Part shown: in pieces, positions 1 through 9,713 of the stretch
How positions within the stretch are numbered: the stretch's first letter is position 1
How the letters are laid out: each line of letters starts with the position of its first letter
Made by a program: the position numbers and the translations under genes
Assembly: GCA_963727525.1 (NCBI GenBank)
Contig: CAVSGO010000007.1
Coordinates: 704,001-768,000, forward strand
Direction: 5' to 3'
From: an uncultured bacterium
Lineage (GTDB): Bacteria; Krumholzibacteriota; Krumholzibacteriia; LZORAL124-64-63
DNA length: 64,000 nt
The notes under the pieces: model-generated
The model's database searches: none
The model's input: only the letters and a program-made list of their open reading frames with translations
What the model was told of the DNA's origin: nothing

Positions 1-255
1 ACCTGCGGCTGCCCCGCCTGCCGCAACCACACACGCGCCTACCTGCGCCACCTGTTCAACGTGCGCGAGATCCTCGGCCCCGTGCTCGCGACGCTGCACA
101 ATCTGCGGTTCTACGCGGAGCTGATGCACGGCGTGCGCGAGGCGCTGGCTGCGGGGCGCTTCGGCCCGTACGCCACGGGAGTGCGAACCCGCTGGCGCGA
201 TGGGGAGGCGGCCCGGCTGGCGCGGGTGCGGGAGTTCCAACGACGGCCCCGGTGA
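1..255 (+). CDS. tgt: Queuine tRNA-ribosyltransferase, C-terminal part (5' truncated by window)
   Basis: Frame 1 reads TCGCPACRNHTRAYLRHLF...LATLHNLRFY (Zn-binding CxCxxC...H motif); directly upstream of yajC. Confidence 0.95.
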   Translation, partial: TCGCPACRNHTRAYLRHLFNVREILGPVLATLHNLRFYAELMHGVREALAAGRFGPYATGVRTRWRDGEAARLARVREFQRRPR

Positions 256-376
256 CGGTCCGGAAGCTGGCCGGGCGGCGAATCGACAGTTGCTGCGGCC
301 ACCGGGGGCGTGCATCTTAGGCGGGATACGGAAGTCTACCGGCCACCGGGCCGGTTCACCTGTGCGAGGAGGACCC

Positions 377-706
377 ATGACCATCACGACCATGCTCGCC
401 ATGGCCCAGGCACCGGCCGGCGGGAGCGGCCAGGGCCCGGGCGGCGTCACCGCCCTCATGAGCTTCCTGCCCCTCATCCTCATCTTCGTGGTCTTCTGGT
501 TCCTGATCATCCGGCCGCAGCAGAAACAGCAGCGCCAGCGTCAGGCCATGATCGCTGCCGTCAAGAACGGCGATCGCATCGTCACCAGCGGCGGCCTCTT
601 CGCCACCGTGAAGGACGTGAAGGACGATCGCGTGGTTGCTTTCATCTCCGACAGTGTGAAGGTGGAGATCGCCAAGAGCGCCATCAGCGGCGTCGTCGAA
701 AAGTAG
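377..706 (+). CDS. yajC: Preprotein translocase subunit YajC
   Basis: FWFLIIRPQQKQ, GDRIVTSGG motifs; AGGAGG RBS before ATG 377. Confidence 0.95.
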   Translation: MTITTMLAMAQAPAGGSGQGPGGVTALMSFLPLILIFVVFWFLIIRPQQKQQRQRQAMIAAVKNGDRIVTSGGLFATVKDVKDDRVVAFISDSVKVEIAKSAISGVVEK

Positions 707-713
707 GCTGCCG

Positions 714-1247
714 TTGGCGGGCTCCTCGGAGGCGCTCTGCGAGATCATCCACTACGGCGATTTGCGGTTGCGGCAGCGTTGCCGCGACGTCGCCGCCGAC
801 GAAGACGTAGGCTCGCTCGCCACGCGGATGTGGGCGACCCTGCGCGCGGCGAAGGGGATCGGACTCGCTGCGCCCCAGGTGGGCGACCTGCGGCGGCTCA
901 TCGTCGTGCGTGACGCCCGCGTGAAGGCGCCGCATCGTCTCGTCCTGGTCAACCCCGTGATCACTGCATTCCACGGTCCACGGGTGCCGTTCGAGGAAGG
1001 TTGCCTGTCGTTTCCGGGGCTGTACATGCCCGTTCGCAGGCCGCGCGGGATCACCGTCCAGTTCCGCGACCCCGCCGGCGCGGCCCAGGAGATCAGCGAC
1101 GACGGCCTGCTGGCGCGCGTGGTGCAGCACGAGGTCGATCACCTGGACGGGATCCTCTTCATCGACCATCTTCCTCCCTGGCGTCGCTGGCTGCTTGCCT
1201 GGCGCCTCGAGCGGTTGCGTCGCGGACACGGAGGGACATCGGCGTGA
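714..1247 (+). CDS. def: Peptide deformylase
   Basis: GIGLAAPQVG, EGCLS and QHEVDHLDG motifs; TTG start uncertain. Confidence 0.95.
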   Translation: MAGSSEALCEIIHYGDLRLRQRCRDVAADEDVGSLATRMWATLRAAKGIGLAAPQVGDLRRLIVVRDARVKAPHRLVLVNPVITAFHGPRVPFEEGCLSFPGLYMPVRRPRGITVQFRDPAGAAQEISDDGLLARVVQHEVDHLDGILFIDHLPPWRRWLLAWRLERLRRGHGGTSA

Positions 1248-2185
1248 ATATCGTTTTCATGGGGTCGCCGACCTTTGCGATTCCCACGCTCGAAGCGCTC
1301 GTGGAAGCGCGCCATAACGTGCGCCTCGTCGTCACCCAGCCCGACCGGCCGGCCGGGCGCGGCCGCAAGGTGGTGGCCACCGCGATCAAGGACGCCGCCG
1401 GCGCGCAGGGGCTGGAGGTGCTCACCCAGGACAAGGGTGCGGCCGAGCGCGAGCGCATCACCGCTGCCGTCCTCGCCGCGCAGCCCGACGCCATCGTCGT
1501 CACCGCCTTCGGCCACATCCTTCGCCGGCCCCTCCTCGAGGGCACACGCCTGGGGTGCCTGAACGTGCACTTTAGCCTGCTGCCGCGCTGGCGCGGGGTC
1601 TCGCCGGTGCAGCATGCGCTGCTCCACGGCGACACCTGGACCGGCGTGACGATCATGCAGATGGACGCGGGAGTGGACACGGGGCCGATTCTCGGCCAGC
1701 AGTCCGTGGGCATCGGTCCCGACGACGACGCCGGCGAACTCTTCGACCGTCTCGCCGGCATTGGCGCCGACCTCGTGGTGCACACGCTGCGTCGGCTCGA
1801 AGCGGGGCAGATCTCCCCCATGCCGCAGACCGACGCCGGTGCGGTATATGCGCCGAAGCTGAGCAAGTCGCTTTCCCCGTTGCGCTGGGATCGCGACGTG
1901 GTGACGGTGCACAACCAGGTGCGCGCGCTCGAGCCCTATCCCGGCACCACCAGCTTCCTCGGCGAGAAGTTGCTGAAGATCGGCGCCGCCCGACCCTGGA
2001 GCTTCCACACGCCCGGGGTGGAGCCCGGCACCGTACACGCTGTCTCGCCCGACGGCATCCTCGTGGTCTGTGGAGCGGGTATCCTCGAGGTGACGCGCGT
2101 GCAGGCGCCAGGCCGCAAGATGCTCGACGTCGCCGAGTTCCTGCGCGGCTTCCCCGTGCAGCCGGGCCAGGTTTTCAAGTCGTGA
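1244..2185 (+). CDS. fmt: Methionyl-tRNA formyltransferase
   Basis: IVFMGSPTFA, VVTQPDRPAGRG, NVHFSLLPRWRG, MDAGVDTG; GTG start overlaps def stop. Confidence 0.95.
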   Translation: MNIVFMGSPTFAIPTLEALVEARHNVRLVVTQPDRPAGRGRKVVATAIKDAAGAQGLEVLTQDKGAAERERITAAVLAAQPDAIVVTAFGHILRRPLLEGTRLGCLNVHFSLLPRWRGVSPVQHALLHGDTWTGVTIMQMDAGVDTGPILGQQSVGIGPDDDAGELFDRLAGIGADLVVHTLRRLEAGQISPMPQTDAGAVYAPKLSKSLSPLRWDRDVVTVHNQVRALEPYPGTTSFLGEKLLKIGAARPWSFHTPGVEPGTVHAVSPDGILVVCGAGILEVTRVQAPGRKMLDVAEFLRGFPVQPGQVFKS

Positions 2186-3531
2186 GCGCCGAGGTCCGTC
2201 GTCGCGAGGCGCTGCGGGTGGTGCAGGCCGTGTCGAAAGGTGCCAGCCTCGAGGGCGAACTGGCCGCTGCGCGCCGCCGGCTGCCGCCCGACGTGGAGCC
2301 GGGGTTCCTCGTGGAGCTCGTGCGCGGCGCCCTGCAGTGGCAGACGCGCTACGACCACCTCATCATCCATTTCAGTCGCCGCCACGCCACCCCCGACCCC
2401 GTGGTGCGCACCGTGCTGCACCTGGCGTTGCATCAGCTCGTGGGCATGCCCAACGTGCCTGCCTACGCGGCGATCCACCAGGCTGGCGAGCTCTGCCGCG
2501 CCGTGCATCGCTCGCGCGCGACCGGCTACGTGAACGGACTCCTGCAAAGCTGCGCCCGTGCGCTCGCGGCGCGACCCGGCGATGTCGAGAGCGCGTTGCG
2601 GCCGCTCTATCCGGATCCGACCGTCGATCCGGCCGGACACCTCGCCACGTGGTACTCGCACCCACGCTGGCTCGTGGAACGGTGGCTCGGTCGTTTCGGC
2701 TTCGTCGCGTGCGAGGCGCTGCTCGCGCACGCCAATGTCCTGCCGCCGGTCTGCCTGCACGTGCTCGCGCCACACGAGCCAGAGACGGCGCTGGCCGCCC
2801 TGGCGGAGGCGGGCATCGCGGCTACGCCGGGCACGCACCACCCGCGCGCTCTGGTGCTCGCCGAACGCCCCGACCGCACCACGCTGCTGCGCGCGCTCGC
2901 GGCGACGCCCGGACTCATCGTGCAGGACGAGGGTGCCCAGTTGGCGACCGCCTGGCTCGCCGACGATGTGCACGCGCCTCTGCTCGATCTCTGCGCCGCT
3001 CCCGGGGGCAAGACGTTCCATCTCGCCTCGCTGCTGCCGGCCGATGCGTTGGTGGTGGCGCACGACCTGCGACCTCGGCGCCTGTCTCTCGTGTGCGAGA
3101 CCGCGACCCGTTTGCTCGAGCCGCGTCTGCGCGCTCTGGCCGGCGACGGCACTCGCCCGGCGGTGCGGCCGGAAGCGTTCGCCACGGTGCTCGTCGACGG
3201 TCCCTGCAGCGGAACGGGCGTCATCCGGCACCATCCCGAAGGGCGGTGGCGGCTGCGGTCCGGCACGCTGGAGCGCAACGCGGAGCGCCTGCGTGACCTC
3301 GTGCTCGCCGCGGCGGACCTGGTGGCTCCTGGTGGCACCCTGTACTATGCTACCTGTTCGCTGGAGCCCGAGGAGAACGAGGATGTCGTGGATGCCGTCA
3401 TGGCGTCCCGCGGCGACCTCGCCTGGGCTCCGGCCAATGACGGCGCTAGTCAGCATCTCTGGCTTCCGCACGAGACGCACACGGATGGATTCTACGCGGC
3501 GCGCCTGCGCCGTCGGGACGGTTCGGCGTGA
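2182..3531 (+). CDS. rsmB: 16S rRNA m5C967 methyltransferase RsmB/Sun (NusB-like N-terminus)
   Basis: LLDLCAAPGGKT, DGPCSGTG, YATCS motifs; def-fmt-sun synteny. Confidence 0.92.
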   Translation: MSAEVRRREALRVVQAVSKGASLEGELAAARRRLPPDVEPGFLVELVRGALQWQTRYDHLIIHFSRRHATPDPVVRTVLHLALHQLVGMPNVPAYAAIHQAGELCRAVHRSRATGYVNGLLQSCARALAARPGDVESALRPLYPDPTVDPAGHLATWYSHPRWLVERWLGRFGFVACEALLAHANVLPPVCLHVLAPHEPETALAALAEAGIAATPGTHHPRALVLAERPDRTTLLRALAATPGLIVQDEGAQLATAWLADDVHAPLLDLCAAPGGKTFHLASLLPADALVVAHDLRPRRLSLVCETATRLLEPRLRALAGDGTRPAVRPEAFATVLVDGPCSGTGVIRHHPEGRWRLRSGTLERNAERLRDLVLAAADLVAPGGTLYYATCSLEPEENEDVVDAVMASRGDLAWAPANDGASQHLWLPHETHTDGFYAARLRRRDGSA

Positions 3532-4253
3532 AGGTCTGGAAGTTCTTGCTGCTGCTCGTCGGGCTCGTGATCACAAGCGGCCTCGGGCTGCTCGCCATCC
3601 ACTTGATCGTCATGCCCAGCATCGTCCACCGCCATGAGGTGGTGGCCATGCCCGATCTCACCGGCCTCACGATCGAGGACGCCGAGGCGCGCATGCACAA
3701 GGAGAACCTCGAAGTGGTGCAGACGCGCGAGCGCGCCCACCCGTCGATTCCCGCCGGCCGCATCATCGAGCAGACACCGTCGCCCGGCAGTCCCATCCGC
3801 GGCGGCCGTACGTTGAAGGTGGTCACCAGCAGCGGTCCACCGAGCGGAGCTGTGCCCGACCTCATCGGGCTGAGCCTGCACCAGGCCGAGGTCACGCTCC
3901 AGCGCGAGGTCTACCGCACCGGTCGGGTGGCGCACCTGCGCCGGCCCGACCTGAGCAGTCCGACGGTGATCTACCAGAATCCACCCGCGGGCCGCGCCGT
4001 GAGAAAAGGGCAGGTCGTCGATATGGTGCTCGGCGAGCCCGCGCCTCCGGAGGTGCTGCGCATGCCCGATCTGCGTGGCGCGGAGCTCTACCGCGCGCGC
4101 CAGGAGGTCACGGCCGCGGGCTGCGAACTCGCGCCCATCACCTACGAGCGTACCGCGGACACCCCGCCCAACACCGTCATCGCGCAAACGCCAGCGCCGG
4201 GCCTGCGCGTCACCAAGGGAGAGCGCATTGCACTGGTGGCTTCGTCACGCTGA
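3528..4253 (+). CDS. Membrane-anchored protein with three PASTA repeats and no kinase domain
   Basis: N-terminal TM helix, then three repeats starting MPDLTG / VPDLIG / MPDLRG with IxQxP motifs. Confidence 0.88.
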   Translation: MKVWKFLLLLVGLVITSGLGLLAIHLIVMPSIVHRHEVVAMPDLTGLTIEDAEARMHKENLEVVQTRERAHPSIPAGRIIEQTPSPGSPIRGGRTLKVVTSSGPPSGAVPDLIGLSLHQAEVTLQREVYRTGRVAHLRRPDLSSPTVIYQNPPAGRAVRKGQVVDMVLGEPAPPEVLRMPDLRGAELYRARQEVTAAGCELAPITYERTADTPPNTVIAQTPAPGLRVTKGERIALVASSR

Positions 4254-4902
4254 GCACCGCAACGCCGTCGCGCCGTCGCTGCTCTCGGCTGACTTCACCC
4301 GCCTGCGCGAGGACATCGCCTCGATGGTCGCCGTCGACGTGGACATGCTGCACCTCGACGTCATGGACGGCCACTTCGTGCCGAACCTCACCTTCGGGCC
4401 CGTCATCGCCAGGGCCATTCGCCAGTGCACCGACCTGCCGCTGGACACCCATTTGATGATCACGGATCCGGCGAAGTACGTGGAGGCCTTCGCGAAAGCC
4501 GGCGTCGACGCACTCACGATCCACATCGAGGCGAACAGCCCGATCGAGCCCACGCTGAAGCGCATCGGCGACCTGGGCTGCAAGCGCGGCCTATCCTTGA
4601 ACCCCGGCACCGACCTCGCCCGCATCGAGCCCCACCTGCCGCACGTCGACCTCGTGCTGGTGATGACCGTACAACCCGGCTTCGGCGGCCAGGAGTTCGA
4701 CCCGCGCGGCCTCGACAAGATCCGCGACCTGGTCGAGTGGCGCCGACACCACGGCGCGGAGTTCGCGATCTCCGTCGACGGCGGCGTGAACGCGCAGACC
4801 GCCCCGCGCTGCCTGGAGGCGGGGGCCGACATCCTGGTGTCGGGCTCGTACTTCTGCCACGCGAAGGACCGCGCCGCGGCCGCGGCGAGCCTGCGCCCGT
4901 AG
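4228..4902 (+). CDS. rpe: Ribulose-phosphate 3-epimerase
   Basis: APSLLSADF, HLDVMDGHFVPNLTFG, MTVQPGFGGQ, VDGGVN; start codon (TTG 4228) uncertain. Confidence 0.93.
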   Translation: MHWWLRHAEHRNAVAPSLLSADFTRLREDIASMVAVDVDMLHLDVMDGHFVPNLTFGPVIARAIRQCTDLPLDTHLMITDPAKYVEAFAKAGVDALTIHIEANSPIEPTLKRIGDLGCKRGLSLNPGTDLARIEPHLPHVDLVLVMTVQPGFGGQEFDPRGLDKIRDLVEWRRHHGAEFAISVDGGVNAQTAPRCLEAGADILVSGSYFCHAKDRAAAAASLRP

Positions 4903-4924
4903 GACTTGCGCCGGCGCAACTCCT

Positions 4925-5641
4925 TCAGAGCTTCTCCCAGATCCACCCCGGCATCGCCCGCATCGCCCACCCCACGATCGCCCAACGTCGCGTGACGTAA
5001 GCGTGCCGTGCGCGCCGGCGGATCGCGGCGTGGATCTGCCGCGCCGCCTCCTCGGGTGACGCCACCCAGAAGCGGTGGGGGCTCTTCGCCATCGCCGTGT
5101 CCACGAAGCCGGGCTTGATGTCGGTGACCGCGATCGGCAGGCCGGCGTGCCTGGCGTGGCCGCGCAGCCCCTCGAGGTAATTCGACAGGAACGCCTTGGA
5201 CGCGTTGTACGCGGGCGCGGTGCGGCTGCCCCGGTGCGCCGCGATCGACGAGATGCCGACGAGGTGCCCGCCGCCCACCGCGACGAAGTGCCGGTACGCG
5301 GCACCAGCGATCGCCGCGAAGCCGGCGACGTTCACGGCGATCGTCTCGCGCTCCTTCTCCCAGTCGAGATCGGGATTGACGTGACCGGTCCCCGCGTTGA
5401 CGACGACGAGATCGACACCGCCCATCGTCGTGATGAGGTCGGCCATGGCACGCAGGGCCGTGTGGTGCCCGGCCACGTCCATCGGTTGGGCGTAGGCCGG
5501 CCTGGGGAGCAGTGCCTGCAGCGCGTCGAGCCGATCCACGCGGCGGCCGGTGATCCCGACGGTGTAGCCCTGTTCGCCGAGGAGGAGGGCGAGTGCGCGC
5601 CCGATTCCGGATGTGGCGCCGATCACGATGGCTCTTGGCAT
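4925..5641 (-). CDS. Short-chain dehydrogenase/reductase
   Basis: GATSGIG Rossmann motif, VVNAG, SS...YNASK catalytic motif, PGFVDT. Confidence 0.9.
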   Translation of the reverse strand: MPRAIVIGATSGIGRALALLLGEQGYTVGITGRRVDRLDALQALLPRPAYAQPMDVAGHHTALRAMADLITTMGGVDLVVVNAGTGHVNPDLDWEKERETIAVNVAGFAAIAGAAYRHFVAVGGGHLVGISSIAAHRGSRTAPAYNASKAFLSNYLEGLRGHARHAGLPIAVTDIKPGFVDTAMAKSPHRFWVASPEEAARQIHAAIRRRARHAYVTRRWAIVGWAMRAMPGWIWEKL

Positions 5642-5762
5642 GGTCGCTGGCTTTCGATGAAGGTTGATCTGCCGTTCAAGGATAGGGGATGATGACCCGC
5701 CGACAGTAGTGCGGACTTTCGGCCGCCTGTGTCGCCGCACCCTGGCGTTCGCCGCTTCGACC

Positions 5763-5791
5763 TTGCCCCAAGTCGTTCATTCTGCTATCTT
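5763..5791 (+). promoter_or_regulatory. Sigma70-like promoter for the ffh operon
   Basis: TTGCCC-17bp-TATCTT with TG extended -10, about 145 nt upstream of ffh. Confidence 0.45.
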
Positions 5792-5936
5792 TGCCGGTCC
5801 GTGCGCGGTCGCGGCGGGCCGCGAGGCCTGGCTGTGTCGTGTTGCTGTGTGTTGCAAGTGCTGGTATTCCTGAGGTTTGCGGCCGCTGGTTCATGCCGGC
5901 GGCACACTCCTTATATATGGTGGCGGAGGCTGTCCC

Positions 5937-7274
5937 GTGTTCCAGGAACTGACGCGCCGGCTCGAGCAGACGATGCGCAAGCTCGCCGGGCAGCAGACCC
6001 TGACCGAGGAGAACATCAAGGAGGCGTTGCGCGAGGTGCGCATGGCCCTCCTCGAGGCCGACGTCAACTATCAGGTGGCGAAGAACCTCGTGGGCGCCAT
6101 CGGCGACAGGGCCGTGGGGCAGGACGTGCTGCAGAGCCTCACGCCGGCGCAGCAGGTCATCAAGATCGTCAACGACGAGATCGTGAGGATCCTCGGCGGC
6201 GAGGCGACGCCCCTGAACGTGCCCACCGGCGGCATGGCCACGATCATGGTCATGGGTCTGCAGGGGTCGGGCAAGACGACGTTCTGCGGCAAGCTGGCAA
6301 AGAAGCTCCTCGCCGAGGGGCGTCGGCCCATGCTCGTCGCGGCCGACATCTACCGTCCGGCCGCCATCGATCAGCTCGAGATGATCGGCAAGCAGGTGGG
6401 CGTGCCCGTGCACGCCGATCGCGTCAAGATGAGCGCGCCGCAGATCGTGAAGCTGGGCCAGCGCCGCGCGCGCGACAACAAGTGCGACGTGCTCATCGTC
6501 GACACCGCCGGCCGCCTGCACATCGACGACACGCTGCTGGGCGAACTGCGCGACATCGATCGTACCGTGCCCATCGACGAGAAACTGCTCGTGCTCGATG
6601 CGATGACCGGCCAGGCGGCCGTCACCATCGCCGAGCGGTTCGCCAGCGAGGTTGGCTTCGACGGCGCGGTCCTCACCAAGCTCGACGGCGATGCGCGTGG
6701 CGGCGCGGCCCTGTCGGTCCGCGAGATCACGGGCAAGCCGATCAAGCTGGTGGGCGTCGGTGAGAAGCTCGATGACCTCGAGGTCTTCCATCCCGACCGC
6801 ATGGCGAGCCGCATCCTCGGCATGGGCGACGTGCTCACGCTTATCGAGCAGGCCCAGGGCAAGATGGACATGGACGAGGCGCAGCACCTGGCCGAGCGAT
6901 TCAGCCGCGGCGAGTTCACCCTTGAGGACTTCCAGCGTCAGATGAAGCAGGTCAAGCGCATGGGGTCCTTCAAGGGATTGCTCGGCATGCTGCCGGGCCT
7001 GGGCGGTGGCGCCCTCGACAAGGTCGATGTCGAGGAGGGCCAGTTCGCGCGCGTCGAGGCGATCATCAACTCGATGACGCCGCTGGAGCGCCGCAAGCCC
7101 GACGTGATCAACGGTTCGCGCCGCAAACGCATCGCGCGCGGTAGCGGGACCAACGTGTCGCAGGTGAACAAGCTGCTCAAGCAGTACCGCGACATGAAAC
7201 GCATGATGAAAGAGATCAACGCAGCCGGAGGGCTGCAGGAGTTCGGACGCCGCGTGCTCGGCGGCCGGAACTGA
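5937..7274 (+). CDS. ffh: Signal recognition particle protein
   Basis: ALLEADV, GLQGSGKTT, DTAGR, TKLDGDARGG, RILGMGD, M domain; GGAGG before GTG. Confidence 0.97.
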   Translation: MFQELTRRLEQTMRKLAGQQTLTEENIKEALREVRMALLEADVNYQVAKNLVGAIGDRAVGQDVLQSLTPAQQVIKIVNDEIVRILGGEATPLNVPTGGMATIMVMGLQGSGKTTFCGKLAKKLLAEGRRPMLVAADIYRPAAIDQLEMIGKQVGVPVHADRVKMSAPQIVKLGQRRARDNKCDVLIVDTAGRLHIDDTLLGELRDIDRTVPIDEKLLVLDAMTGQAAVTIAERFASEVGFDGAVLTKLDGDARGGAALSVREITGKPIKLVGVGEKLDDLEVFHPDRMASRILGMGDVLTLIEQAQGKMDMDEAQHLAERFSRGEFTLEDFQRQMKQVKRMGSFKGLLGMLPGLGGGALDKVDVEEGQFARVEAIINSMTPLERRKPDVINGSRRKRIARGSGTNVSQVNKLLKQYRDMKRMMKEINAAGGLQEFGRRVLGGRN

Positions 7275-7323
7275 ACGCGCGGCGCATGGGGCGCGGCGCG
7301 ACACCACGTGTGGGAGGTCGATA

Positions 7324-7818
7324 GTGCCGACAACGATCCGTCTGACCCGACTGGGCAAGAAGAAGCGCCCATTCTACCGCCTCGTCGTTCTCGACAGCCG
7401 CGAACGACGCGATGGCGCCTACCTGGCGAATCTGGGCTACTACAATCCGTTCGTGGAGCCGCCCGAGGTCTCGCTGCACACCGACGAGATCATCGACTGG
7501 ATGGGCAAGGGCGCATCAGTCTCCGAGACCGCCCGCTCCCTCCTCAAGCGCGAGGGTGTGCTCTACCAGTTCAGTCTGAACAAGGCCGGTCTCGACGAGG
7601 CAGCGATTGCCCAGAAGATGCAGGACTGGCGCGTGGGCGCCACGGCCCGCGTCGCGCGTGACGAGCAGGACCGCCAGACGCAGCAACGGCAGGTCGCCGA
7701 CGCTGATCGCGAGCGCCGCGATACCAAGGCCAAGGCCGCAGCCGAGGCGAAGGCTGCCGAGTCCGCCGGTGAGTCCGGAGGCGACGGCGAGGCCGCGCCG
7801 GAGGGCGAGGACTCGTGA
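7324..7818 (+). CDS. rpsP: 30S ribosomal protein S16 with long charged C-terminal extension
   Basis: IRLTRLGKKKRPFYRLVV...RDG...LGYYNP. Confidence 0.96.
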   Translation: MPTTIRLTRLGKKKRPFYRLVVLDSRERRDGAYLANLGYYNPFVEPPEVSLHTDEIIDWMGKGASVSETARSLLKREGVLYQFSLNKAGLDEAAIAQKMQDWRVGATARVARDEQDRQTQQRQVADADRERRDTKAKAAAEAKAAESAGESGGDGEAAPEGEDS

Positions 7819-8084
7819 GCGCCGACACGCAACTGACGCTGGCGCAGTCCAAGGCCGTGGATTTCATCTCGTTCCTGGCCGTGAACCTGGTCGACCACCC
7901 CGAGGACGTGAAGGTCGAGCTGGTGATCCGGGAGGGGCGCGACACGCTGTGCGTGCGCGTGCACCCCGACGACCAGGGCCAGTTCATCGGCAAGGGTGGC
8001 CAGACGGCGCGGGCCATGCGCACGTTGCTGGCGGCGATCAACATGCGCACGGATCTGAATTTCGCGCTGGAGATCGCCGAATAG
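7815..8084 (+). CDS. khpA: KH-domain RNA-binding protein KhpA/YlqC
   Basis: LVDHPEDV...DQGQFIGKGGQTARAMR; located between rpsP and rimM. Confidence 0.9.
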   Translation: MSADTQLTLAQSKAVDFISFLAVNLVDHPEDVKVELVIREGRDTLCVRVHPDDQGQFIGKGGQTARAMRTLLAAINMRTDLNFALEIAE

Positions 8085-8087
8085 CGT

Positions 8088-8606
8088 ATGGACACGTTCG
8101 TGGCCATCGCCGAGGTGGTGAAGGCGGTGGGTCTGCGGGGCGAGGTGAAGCTCTACCCGTTGATCGACTTCCACGCGCCGCTGCTCGATAGCCCGTACGC
8201 CCGCTGGGCGGACGGGAGCGACTTCGTCGTCGAGCGGGCGCGGCCGTCGGGCGACTGCGTCGTGGTGAAGCTTCGCGGCAGTGATGACCGCGACACGGCC
8301 GAGAACCTGGTGGGACGCGAGATCGGATTCGCGCGCGCGGATTACGCGGCGGCTGATTTCCCGCGTCCCCCGGAGGGGCTGCCGTTTCGCTACCTCGACC
8401 GTCCCGTGGTGACGGTCGCGGGCGAGGACGTGGGGCCGGTTGTGGAAGTCCGGCGCTATGCGACGCAGGTGATCCTGATCGTGGCACACGACGGACGCGA
8501 GGTGATGATCCCGGCGGTGTCGCCGATCCTGCGGCCGGACGGCGAGCTGGCCGGCCCGCTGGTGGTGGATCCGCCGCGAGGATTGCTGGACGATGCTGGC
8601 GATTAA
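8088..8606 (+). CDS. rimM: Ribosome maturation factor RimM
   Basis: VKAVGLRGEVK, DRDTAE, MIPAV...VVDPPRGL; synteny. Confidence 0.92.
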   Translation: MDTFVAIAEVVKAVGLRGEVKLYPLIDFHAPLLDSPYARWADGSDFVVERARPSGDCVVVKLRGSDDRDTAENLVGREIGFARADYAAADFPRPPEGLPFRYLDRPVVTVAGEDVGPVVEVRRYATQVILIVAHDGREVMIPAVSPILRPDGELAGPLVVDPPRGLLDDAGD

Positions 8607-9324
8607 GGTGTTGACGCTGTTTCCGGACATGGTGCGCGCCGTGCTGGAGACGAGCATCCTGAATCGCGCGGCGCAGCAGGGACAGGTCCGCTACGAGGTC
8701 ACGGATATCCGCGACTTCGCGGTGGACAAGCATCGCACCGTCGACGACTCGCCCTATGGCGGCGGCGCGGGCATGATCATGATGGCGCCCTGCGTGGTGG
8801 AGGCCGTCGAGGCGGCACGCGGGAACGCGCAGGTGCCGGTGATCCTCACCACGCCCCAGGGCGACCGCCTCGATGAGTCGCTCACCCTCGCGCTGCTGGC
8901 CGAGGCCGAGGCGGCCGGAGAAATGATCGTCGTCTGCGGCCACTACAAGGGCGTGGACGAGAGGGCGCGGCAGCTCGTGGTCACGCGCGAGGTGTCGATC
9001 GGTGATTACGTGCTCAGCGGCGGCGAACTGCCGGCGCTGGTGATCGTGGATGCGCTGGTCAGGCGCATCCCAGGGGTCCTGCACAACGAGGACTCCGCGG
9101 CGAGCGACTGCTTCACGCAGGAACGTGAAGGCGGGCTCGACTGTCCGTGGTATACGAAACCGCCGGTCTATCGCGACCTGGCGGTGCCGGAGGTGCTCCT
9201 GTCGGGGCACCACGCGAGGATCGAGGAGTGGCGGCGTGCCCAGGCGCGCCAGCGCACGCGCGAGAGGCGTCCCGATCTTGGGGGCGGTGACGCGGACGCT
9301 GGCGAGGCAGGCGGCGCAAGATAG
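8593..9324 (+). CDS. trmD: tRNA (guanine-N1)-methyltransferase
   Basis: LTLFPD, VDDSPYGGGAGM, CGHYKGVDER, SIGDYVLSGGE. Confidence 0.96.
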   Translation: MLAIKVLTLFPDMVRAVLETSILNRAAQQGQVRYEVTDIRDFAVDKHRTVDDSPYGGGAGMIMMAPCVVEAVEAARGNAQVPVILTTPQGDRLDESLTLALLAEAEAAGEMIVVCGHYKGVDERARQLVVTREVSIGDYVLSGGELPALVIVDALVRRIPGVLHNEDSAASDCFTQEREGGLDCPWYTKPPVYRDLAVPEVLLSGHHARIEEWRRAQARQRTRERRPDLGGGDADAGEAGGAR

Positions 9325-9361
9325 GCGAAGCGGCCGTCGAGGGGCGGCCCGGGAGGCAACG

Positions 9362-9709
9362 ATGGACATCATGGACAAGCTGCGCACCGAGACGTTGCGC
9401 AGCGATCTGCCCGAGTTCGGCATTGGCGACACCGTGGCGGTGGCCGTGCGCATCCAGGAGGGTGCCAAGTCCCGCCTGCAGAATTTCGAGGGCGCGGTGA
9501 TCGCACAGCAGGGGCACGGTTCCGAGCGCTCGATGACCGTGAGGCGTCTGAGCGGCGGCATCGCGGTGGAGCGCGTGTTCGCCATGGAGTCGCCGAACCT
9601 GGCGTCGATCCGCGTGGTGAAGCGCGGTCGCATCCGTCGATCCAAGCTGTATTACCTGCGCGGCAAGACGGGCCGTCAGGGGCGGATCCGCGAGGCCAGG
9701 CGCAAGTAG
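9362..9709 (+). CDS. rplS: 50S ribosomal protein L19
   Basis: LPEFGIGDTV, RLQNFEG, VERVF, RRSKLYYLR; GGAGG RBS. Confidence 0.97.
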   Translation: MDIMDKLRTETLRSDLPEFGIGDTVAVAVRIQEGAKSRLQNFEGAVIAQQGHGSERSMTVRRLSGGIAVERVFAMESPNLASIRVVKRGRIRRSKLYYLRGKTGRQGRIREARRK

Positions 9710-9713
9710 GGCC

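Noticed and set aside
5642-5936. Possible SRP RNA (ffs) next to ffh
   Set aside because: The conserved helix-8 CAGG..GGAA..AGCAG motif is not present; the region is explained by divergent promoters.
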